From Rhodanobacteraceae bacterium (GTDB lineage Bacteria > Pseudomonadota > Gammaproteobacteria > Xanthomonadales > Rhodanobacteraceae), in NCBI GenBank assembly GCA_003142815.1, contig PLNP01000040.1, positions 3,672 to 67,671 on the forward strand: 64,000 nucleotides of DNA, read 5' to 3'. Under the pieces are notes generated by a model. That model made no database searches. It saw only the letters and a program-made list of their open reading frames with translations, and was not told where the DNA came from. This document shows positions 57,500 to 64,000 of this stretch, in pieces (the stretch's first letter is position 1; each line of letters opens with the position of its first letter). The position numbers and the translations under genes were made by a program.

Positions 57500-58213
57500 A
57501 TGGAAGCACAAGGCAAAATCGCCGATTTTCGCTATACGCTGCAGCGCGAAGCGAACCGGGTGCAGGCGCCACCGATGCTGATCCCCGACCGCGCCGCGAT
57601 GGAGCGTTTCCTCGGTGCCTGCCATCGCCGCCGCTATCCGAGCAAGACCGCGATCATCCGGCCCGGCGACTCGGCGAACATTCTCTATTACGTCATCGAT
57701 GGCTCGCTGACCGTTTCCTCGGAAGACGAGGAAGGCCGCGAGCTGATCCTCGCCTATCTCAATCGCGGCGAGTTCATCGGCGAGATGGGCCTGTTCGTCG
57801 AAACCCCGCGCCGTGAGGTCATGGTGCGCACCCGCACCCCGTGCGAACTCGCCGAGATCGGCTACGAGCGCATGTTCAGCCTGTTCGAGGGCCCGCTGCG
57901 CGACGAGTGCCCGAAGATCCTGTTCGCCATCAGCTCGCAGCTGACCAACCGTCTGCTGCACACCTCGCGCAAGGTCGCCCGCCTCGCCTTCATGAACGTC
58001 ACCGGCCGCGTCGCCAAGACCCTGCTCGACCTGATCGAGGAACCGGACGCGATGACCCACCCGCAAGGCAAGCAGATCCGTATCTCGCACCAGGAAATCA
58101 GCCGCATCGTCGGCTGCTCGCGCGAGATGGTCGGGCGCGTGCTCAAGAAGCTCCACGAAGAGGGCATGATTTCAGTGGCTGGCAAGACGATCGTGGTGCT
58201 CGGCAAGCACTGA
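57500..58213 (+). CDS. crp: cAMP-receptor-like global regulator (CRP/Clp)
   Basis: GGAGG RBS, GEFIGEMGLF and HTH ISHQEISRIVGCSREMVGRVLK. Confidence 0.93.
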   Translation: MEAQGKIADFRYTLQREANRVQAPPMLIPDRAAMERFLGACHRRRYPSKTAIIRPGDSANILYYVIDGSLTVSSEDEEGRELILAYLNRGEFIGEMGLFVETPRREVMVRTRTPCELAEIGYERMFSLFEGPLRDECPKILFAISSQLTNRLLHTSRKVARLAFMNVTGRVAKTLLDLIEEPDAMTHPQGKQIRISHQEISRIVGCSREMVGRVLKKLHEEGMISVAGKTIVVLGKH

Positions 58214-58269
58214 TACGGCGGCATCGCGCGACGGCGCCTTTCGCCCGCTCGCGGATCGGGCACGTGCGT

Positions 58270-58419
58270 CTTCGGGTCGCCGAGCTTCGCGCGGTCGATC
58301 GCCTCCAGCGTGAACTAGCGCTCCAGCCAGACGCGCTCGAACTGCCGCGCCCACTCTAGGCGATACGGACGCACGTCGACCGTGGCGGCGAGCAGGCGAT
58401 CGCGCACGTTTACTGCCAT
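58270..58419 (-). pseudogene. Possible collapsed GrpB-family remnant
   Basis: VDVRPYRLEWARQFE resembles the GrpB N-terminus; in-frame stop after 34 codons. Confidence 0.3.
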
Positions 58420-59123
58420 TCGACCACCGAAAGCCGTCGCCTCAACCGCGCGGACACTGCCGCCAGCGTCGCGCGATCGGGGTTGACCAGAACCGCCGCG
58501 CGCGCCGCTGCGAGCATCGGCAGGTCGTCGAGCGAGGCGCTGTAGGCAATGTCCCAGGGCGGCCGCACCCCGCGCAAGCGCAATTGATTCGCCTTCTCGA
58601 TGCCGCGGTTGTGCAGCGCGATGCGCATGCCGAAGCGGCTTGGGGCGAGCCGCGAGCCAACCAGCTCGACCGCGTCGAGCCCGAGCTCGTCGAGGATCGC
58701 CCGCGCGAGCATTTCTTCGCACGCGGTCACGACGAGCACGCGGTCGCCGGCGTGCCGATGTGCATTCAAGGCCGCCAGCGCAGCACGCGAGAACTCGCGC
58801 GAATCGCGCGCCAGCGCCTGGCCGAAAGTTTCGGCGAGTGTGCGATAGAGCGATACGTCGACGCCGCACAACGCCCAGACGACGATGAAACGCGCCGCTG
58901 CGCGGTGCCCGCGCCGTGTCGTCGCGAGCAACGCGAGCGCCGGCAGCAACGGCAGCAGGAGCAATCCACGCCACCACGCGCGCGCATAACGGTCGCGCAG
59001 GAACAGCGTGAAAGAGTCGCCGCGGACCAGCACGCCGTCGAAATCGAACAACACGATGCGCGACGGCGTACCCGTGATGTTCGCGGATGCCCCGGTATGC
59101 GCGAAAGCGCCGATCATGGTCAT
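58410..59123 (-). CDS. HAD-superfamily hydrolase (SerB-like)
   Basis: LFDFDGVL, VVTAC and AYSASLDDLPML. Confidence 0.88.
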   Translation of the reverse strand: MTMIGAFAHTGASANITGTPSRIVLFDFDGVLVRGDSFTLFLRDRYARAWWRGLLLLPLLPALALLATTRRGHRAAARFIVVWALCGVDVSLYRTLAETFGQALARDSREFSRAALAALNAHRHAGDRVLVVTACEEMLARAILDELGLDAVELVGSRLAPSRFGMRIALHNRGIEKANQLRLRGVRPPWDIAYSASLDDLPMLAAARAAVLVNPDRATLAAVSARLRRRLSVVEWQ

Positions 59124-59154
59124 GCGTCCGTCGAATCGGCAGCCGCGAGCGGCT

Positions 59155-60129
59155 CTAGCCCGACGCCGGCTCGTGCACGGTGCCGAACAGCCGGGCGAGT
59201 TCCGCGCCGGGATCCGACGCGCGCATGAACGCCTCGCCGACCAGGAACGCGTTGACGCCGGCCGCGCGCATGCGCGTGACGTCGTCCGGCGTGTGGATGC
59301 CGCTTTCGGTGACCAGCAGACGATCGTCGCCCACGCGTTCGCGCAGGCGCAATGTCGTATCGAGCGAAGTTTCGAACGTGCGCAGGTTGCGGTTGTTGAC
59401 GCCAATCAAGAGTCGACCAGCCCTTGGATAAGCTGGCTGCAAAGCCGACTGGGCGGTCCATACCCCACCGCTTGTTTGGCCCATAGAACCACTATGGGCC
59501 GGCACACGCAGCGGAATCTGTCCTCGCTCATCCGACTTTTCGTTTCGACTCCCCAAGGCCCGATCGACTCTTGGTGCGGGAATGTCCAGCGCGCGTTCGA
59601 GCTCCGCTTCGTCGTGCACCTCGACCAGCACGTCGAGATCGAGCTCGGTCGCGAGCAGCGCGAGTTCGAGCAGGGCCGCATCGCCGAGCGCGGCGACGAT
59701 CAGCAGGATGCAGTCCGCACCGATCGCACGCGCCTCGTAGACCTGATATGCATCCATCGTGAAATCCTTGCGCAGCACCGGCAGATCACAGGCCGCGCGT
59801 GCTTCGACGAGATACGTCTCGCTGCCCTGGAAAAAATCTGCGTCGGTCAGCACTGACAAACAAGCCGCGCCTGCGGCGGCGTAGCTGCGCGCGATCGCGG
59901 CCGGATCGAAGTCGGCGCGGATCACGCCTTTGGACGGGCTGGCCTTCTTGACCTCGGCGATCACCGCCGGCTCGCCTGCCGCGATCTTCGCCTCGAGTGC
60001 TGCGGCGAAACCACGTGTCGGCGGAAGATCGGTGACTCTCGCCGAGAGTTCGGCGAGCGAGACGCGCGCGCTGCGTTCGGCAATTTCCTCAACTTTGCGT
60101 GCGAGGATGCGTTTGAGGATGTCGTTCAT
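59155..60129 (-). CDS. trpC: Indole-3-glycerol-phosphate synthase with a 54-aa in-frame insertion
   Basis: [38 protein letters not shown] and LVGE; extra 54 aa between IPAP and LIGVNN. Confidence 0.95.
   Translation of the reverse strand: MNDILKRILARKVEEIAERSARVSLAELSARVTDLPPTRGFAAALEAKIAAGEPAVIAEVKKASPSKGVIRADFDPAAIARSYAAAGAACLSVLTDADFFQGSETYLVEARAACDLPVLRKDFTMDAYQVYEARAIGADCILLIVAALGDAALLELALLATELDLDVLVEVHDEAELERALDIPAPRVDRALGSRNEKSDERGQIPLRVPAHSGSMGQTSGGVWTAQSALQPAYPRAGRLLIGVNNRNLRTFETSLDTTLRLRERVGDDRLLVTESGIHTPDDVTRMRAAGVNAFLVGEAFMRASDPGAELARLFGTVHEPASG
59410..59571. mobile_element. 162-bp MITE-like element inserted in frame within trpC
   Basis: Ends form an 18/21 inverted repeat (CAAGAGTCGACCAGCCCTTGG versus revcomp CAAGAGTCGATCGGGCCTTGG); central 9-bp hairpin GGCCCATAG-aacca-CTATGGGCC. 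Confidence 0.85.
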
Positions 60130-60136
60130 TGCGCCG

Positions 60137-61183
60137 TCAGCCGCCGCCGATCTCGCCGGCCAACTGGCGGGTCACGCCAACGAATTCTTCCATTTTTGCG
60201 AGCGCCGCACCGCTGCTGACGACCGCGCGCGCGCGCGCTACACCGTCGCGGATCGAACCGACCACATCGGCCGCATACAGCGCGGCGCCCGCGTTCAACA
60301 ACACGATGTCGCGCGCAATGCCGGGTGTGTTGTCGAGCGCCTCGATCAGCAACGCCTTCGACTCGGCCACATTCGCCACGCGCAGGTTGCGGCTCGACGC
60401 CATCACCAGCCCGAAGTCCTCGGGCTCGATTTCGTATTCGTGCACTTCACCGTTGTGCAGTTCGCCGACCAGCGTGGCGGCGCCGAGCGAAATCTCATCC
60501 ATGCCGTCGCGACCCCAGACCACCAGTGCATGGTGCGCACCGAGTTGCTGCAGCGCGCGCACCTGGATGCCGACCAGGTCCGGATGGAATACGCCCATCA
60601 GGATGTTTGGCGCGCCGGCCGGATTGGTCAGCGGACCGAGGATGTTGAAGATCGTGCGCACGCCCAACTCGCGGCGCACCGGCGCGACGACCTTCATCGC
60701 CGGATGATGGTTCGGCGCGAACATGAAACCGATGCCGGTTTCCTCGAAGCAGCGCGCGATCTGTTCCGACGTGAGGTCGATCACCGCACCGAGCGCCTCG
60801 AGCACATCCGCGCTGCCGGATTTCGACGACACGCTGCGGTTGCCGTGCTTGGCCACGCGTGCGCCGGCCGCCGCCGCGACGAACATCGACGCGGTCGAGA
60901 TGTTGAAGCTGTGCGCGCCGTCACCGCCGGTGCCGACGATATCGACGAAGTTCGGCGGCGTGCCGACATCGACCTTCGCGGCGAGCTCACGCATCACGCG
61001 CGCGGCGCCGGTGATCTCGCCGATCGTTTCCTTCTTCACGCGCAAGCCGCTGATGATCGCCGCGACCAAGATCGGCGAGACCTCGCCGCGCATGATCTGG
61101 CGCATCAGATCGACCATCTCGTCGTGGAAGATCTCGCGGTGTTCGACGGTGCGCTGGAGTGCTTCCTGCGGAGTGATCGGCAT
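60137..61183 (-). CDS. trpD: Anthranilate phosphoribosyltransferase
   Basis: [30 protein letters not shown] and [13 protein letters not shown]. Confidence 0.97.
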   Translation of the reverse strand: MPITPQEALQRTVEHREIFHDEMVDLMRQIMRGEVSPILVAAIISGLRVKKETIGEITGAARVMRELAAKVDVGTPPNFVDIVGTGGDGAHSFNISTASMFVAAAAGARVAKHGNRSVSSKSGSADVLEALGAVIDLTSEQIARCFEETGIGFMFAPNHHPAMKVVAPVRRELGVRTIFNILGPLTNPAGAPNILMGVFHPDLVGIQVRALQQLGAHHALVVWGRDGMDEISLGAATLVGELHNGEVHEYEIEPEDFGLVMASSRNLRVANVAESKALLIEALDNTPGIARDIVLLNAGAALYAADVVGSIRDGVARARAVVSSGAALAKMEEFVGVTRQLAGEIGGG

Positions 61184-61192
61184 GGTCGTTAA

Positions 61193-61250
61193 GCCCCCCT
61201 CAAGCCTGTCCTGAGCCAGGTCGAAGGAGAGAGGGTTGGGTGGGGATGGT
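61193..61250. repeat. Composite repeat overlapping the trpG stop
   Basis: CCCCCTCAA[GCCTGTCCTGAGCCAGGTCGAAG]GAGAGAGGGTTGGGTGGGGATGG shares motifs with 56428-56448 and 61879-61918. Confidence 0.65.
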
Positions 61251-61868
61251 GTTGGACGAAAGTCGGAACATTCCTGCAACCTGTGGCAGCTCACGCGACA
61301 GGAAATTGCGCAATAGGTCGTGACCATGCTGGGTCAGGATCGACTCCGGATGAAACTGCACACCCTCGACTGCCAGCGACTTGTGGCGCAAGCCCATGAT
61401 CTCGTCGATCGAGCCATCGTCGCGCTGCGTCCACGCGGAAACTTCGAGGCATTCCGGCAACGAGGCTTTCTCGACGACCAGCGAATGGTAGCGCGTCGCC
61501 TCGAACGGACTGGGCACGTCGCGGAACACGCCCTTGCCATCGTGATGGATCATCGAGGTCTTGCCATGCATGATCTCTCTCGCACGCACAACCTTGCCGC
61601 CAAACGCCTGGCCGATCGCTTGATGGCCGAGGCATACGCCGAGAATCGGCACCGCGCCGGCCAGCTTTTCGATGATCTCCAGTGACACACCCGAATCGTT
61701 CGGCGTGCCGGGCCCGGGCGAAATCACGATCGCGGTGGGATTCAGCGCGCGCAGCGCCGTCAGCGTCATCTCGTCATTGCGGATCACGCGCACGTCTTCG
61801 CCCAACTCGCCGAAGTACTGCACGAGGTTCCAGGTGAAACTGTCGTAGTTGTCGATCATCAATAGCAT
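61200..61868 (-). CDS. trpG: Anthranilate synthase component II (glutamine amidotransferase) with C-terminal extension
   Basis: [25 protein letters not shown] and QFHPESI. Confidence 0.96.
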   Translation of the reverse strand: MLLMIDNYDSFTWNLVQYFGELGEDVRVIRNDEMTLTALRALNPTAIVISPGPGTPNDSGVSLEIIEKLAGAVPILGVCLGHQAIGQAFGGKVVRAREIMHGKTSMIHHDGKGVFRDVPSPFEATRYHSLVVEKASLPECLEVSAWTQRDDGSIDEIMGLRHKSLAVEGVQFHPESILTQHGHDLLRNFLSRELPQVAGMFRLSSNTIPTQPSLLRPGSGQA

Positions 61869-61878
61869 CGGTCGCCTG

Positions 61879-61918
61879 CTCCCCGCCCCTGCAAGGGGAG
61901 GGCTGGGGTGGGGATGGG
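61879..61918. repeat. G/C-run palindromic intergenic repeat upstream of trpG
   Basis: CTCCCCGCCCCTGCAAGGGGAGGGCTGGGGTGGGGATGGG. Confidence 0.6.
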
Positions 61919-62152
61919 TTTCATTCCTTTCTACACTGTACTTCGCCGCGGGAGGTATTAGTTCTCTTGGACTCATCAAAGCAGGCATCCGTCCAGATAC
62001 GCCGCCATCAATGGGTAGTTGTCTTTCGGCGGACCCGATGTCCTCCGGCAAGAGCCCAAAAAATACTCCGCTTGCCACACACGAAATTCTGCAAGCGTCA
62101 TTGCAGCAGCCGATGCCTCGTCCAGTAGCTGTAGTTGCATCATCATTTGCAC

Positions 62153-63628
62153 CTACAACCCACTCGCCGCCTGCGCCACCGCGCGAAACAACGCACGCCC
62201 CTTGTTCATCGTCTCCTCCCATTCCTTGGCGGGGTCGGAGTCGAACACGATGCCGCCGCCGGCTTGGACGTGTAGACGGCCATCCTTGATCACCGCGGTG
62301 CGGATCGCGATCGCGGTGTCGGCGTCGCCCCACCAGCCGATGTAGCCGATCGCACCGGCGTAGATGTTGCGTTTGTGCGGTTCGAGCTGCTGGATGATCT
62401 CGATCGCGCGAATCTTCGGTGCGCCGCTGACGGTGCCGGCCGGGAACGTCGCCTTCAGCACGTCCATGTAGGACAGGCCGTCGCGCAGGTCGCCCTCGAC
62501 CTGACTGACGATGTGCATCACATGCGAGTAGCGTTCGATCACGAAGCTTTCGGTGAGCTGGACGCTGCCGGTCTTGCTGACCCGACCGACATCGTTGCGA
62601 CCGAGATCGATCAGCATCAGGTGCTCAGCGCGTTCCTTCGCGTCGGCAAGGAGTTCCTGTTCCAGCGCCAGGTCTTCTTCGTGCGTTTTACCGCGCGGAC
62701 GCGTGCCGGCGATCGGGCGCACCACGACCTTGCCGGCCTTGAGGCGGACCAGGATTTCCGGCGACGAGCCGACGATCTGTGTTTTCCCCAGATCGAGGAA
62801 GTACATGTACGGCGATGGATTGAGTGCACGCAGCGCGCGATAGACGTCGACCGGGCGCGCGCGGAATGGCACCGACAAGCGCTGCGACGGCACGACCTGA
62901 AAGATGTCGCCGGCGCGGATGTATTCCTTCGCCTTTTCGACCAGTGCCTCGTATTCCTCGCGCGTGAAACTCGACACGAAGTCGGTTTCCTCGAGCGCCT
63001 TCGGATCGAGCACGCCGGGATAACCGGAACCGGAGTGGCGCAGGCGGAACGCGAGTTCGTCGAGGCGCCGCCGCGCGCGTGCATACGCCTGCGGCTGCGC
63101 GGGATCGGCATGCACGATCAGGTACAGCCGTCCCTTGAGGTTGTCGAACACAGCGACTTCCTCGGAGAGCATCAGCAATGCATCCGGCGTGCCGAGCAGG
63201 TCGGGCTTGTCGGCGCACGCGAGGCGCGGCTCGATCCAACCGACCGTCTCGAAGCCGAAATGCCCGACCAGACCACCACTGAATGCGGGCAGCCCGGCGA
63301 GCTGTGGCACCTTGTAGGTCGCGCGGATCTTCTCGATCTCGGCCAGCGGATCGGCGAGCGTGCGCGTCTCGACAACCTCGCCGAGTTCCTCGACGGTAAG
63401 CGTATTGCCGCGCAGCACATACACGCGTCGGCACGGCAAGCCGATGATCGAATGCCGCCCCCAGTTCTCGCCACCCTCGACCGATTCGAACAGATACGCG
63501 TAGGGCGCGTCGGCGAGCTTGAGGTAGACCGACAACGGCGTGTCGAGGTCCGACAACACTTCGCGCACGACCGGAATCCGGTTGTAGCCTTGCGCCGCGA
63601 GCGCGGAAAATTCTTCGCTGGAAATCAT
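62153..63628 (-). CDS. trpE: Anthranilate synthase component I
   Basis: [37 protein letters not shown] and [11 protein letters not shown]. Confidence 0.97.
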   Translation of the reverse strand: MISSEEFSALAAQGYNRIPVVREVLSDLDTPLSVYLKLADAPYAYLFESVEGGENWGRHSIIGLPCRRVYVLRGNTLTVEELGEVVETRTLADPLAEIEKIRATYKVPQLAGLPAFSGGLVGHFGFETVGWIEPRLACADKPDLLGTPDALLMLSEEVAVFDNLKGRLYLIVHADPAQPQAYARARRRLDELAFRLRHSGSGYPGVLDPKALEETDFVSSFTREEYEALVEKAKEYIRAGDIFQVVPSQRLSVPFRARPVDVYRALRALNPSPYMYFLDLGKTQIVGSSPEILVRLKAGKVVVRPIAGTRPRGKTHEEDLALEQELLADAKERAEHLMLIDLGRNDVGRVSKTGSVQLTESFVIERYSHVMHIVSQVEGDLRDGLSYMDVLKATFPAGTVSGAPKIRAIEIIQQLEPHKRNIYAGAIGYIGWWGDADTAIAIRTAVIKDGRLHVQAGGGIVFDSDPAKEWEETMNKGRALFRAVAQAASGL

Positions 63629-63705
63629 TCGACCGGGGCCGGAGCGGTAGCAGGGCCAGCGAAGATAGCAAGGTTGCCCGATCGGCGTCATTACGCGCAA
63701 GCCGG

Positions 63706-64000
63706 TCACATGCCCGCGATCGCCGCCTGCATCTTCGCGATCACCGCGCGGTAATCCTTTTCACCGAAGATCGCCGAGCCGGCGACGAAGGTGTCGGCAC
63801 CGGCGCGCGCGATTTCGGCGATGTTGTCGGGCTTCACGCCGCCGTCGATTTCGAGGCGGATCGCGCAGCCACTCGCGTCGATGCGTTCTCGCGCGAGGCG
63901 CAGCTTGTCGAGCGCGGTCGGAATGAAGCTCTGGCCGCCGAATCCCGGATTGACCGACATGATCAGCACGATGTCGAGTTTGTCGAGCACGTAGTCGAGG
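63706..64000 (-). CDS. rpe: Ribulose-phosphate 3-epimerase (5' truncated by window edge)
   Basis: [17 protein letters not shown] and FVAGSAIF. Confidence 0.95.
   Translation of the reverse strand, partial: LDYVLDKLDIVLIMSVNPGFGGQSFIPTALDKLRLARERIDASGCAIRLEIDGGVKPDNIAEIARAGADTFVAGSAIFGEKDYRAVIAKMQAAIAGM

Noticed and set aside
871-63754. Numerous long antisense or overlapping ORFs (e.g. 871..2118, 8539..9666, 45659..46762, 59930..61192, 62375..63754)
   Set aside because: They are shadow ORFs expected in high-GC DNA opposite well-supported genes; Arg/Ala/Pro-rich with no family motifs
1-64000. CRISPR array, reverse transcriptase/retron/DGR, intact integrase, rRNA, selenocysteine recoding
   Set aside because: By eye I found no regularly spaced repeat-spacer array, no RT or tyrosine-integrase motifs, no rRNA-like sequence and no in-frame TGA in the redox enzymes

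Overview
The right end (53.3-64 kb) is conserved Xanthomonadales-type core genome: tRNA-Gln(CTG), rpsI, rplM, a GlcF-like Fe-S protein, coq7, speD, crp/clp, a HAD hydrolase, trpC-trpD-trpG-trpE and rpe. Gene order and style suggest a Rhodanobacteraceae-like host (inference). Everything left of the tRNA (1-53.3 kb) looks like stacked accessory DNA. (i) 1-8.4 kb: a 4-hydroxybenzoyl-CoA reductase-like Mo enzyme operon with one 2-hydroxyacyl-CoA-dehydratase/BCR-type subunit, one activase, ferredoxin, 2-oxoacid:ferredoxin oxidoreductase, a thioesterase and MocA. (ii) 8.6-11.6 kb: XdhC, hemerythrin, DUF2249 and a membrane protein. (iii) 11.7-14.4 kb: a zone of gene fragments. (iv) 14.5-33.9 kb: an intact Isp-type (group 1e) [NiFe]-hydrogenase with NiCoT permease, full hyp set including hypX, two FNR boxes, an FNR-like regulator, an unusual small cytochrome c and a divergent MenA-like prenyltransferase. 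(v) 35.1-53.3 kb: a decayed island bounded by a 20-bp duplication of the tRNA-Gln 3' half. It carries a DUF6351-like hydrolase, a TonB receptor, relaxase/RM/IS/BrxL remnants, a frameshifted HEPN protein, and an ECF sigma-Ser/Thr kinase pair upstream of two exported proteins sharing a C-terminal DxxFxxGFD motif. The most striking details are a 162-bp MITE-like element inserted in frame in trpC, the minimal aryl-CoA-reductase-like module, and the Isp hydrogenase island in an apparently Xanthomonadales host. No CRISPR array, rRNA or intact integrase was seen. All family assignments come from motif recognition, not database searches.
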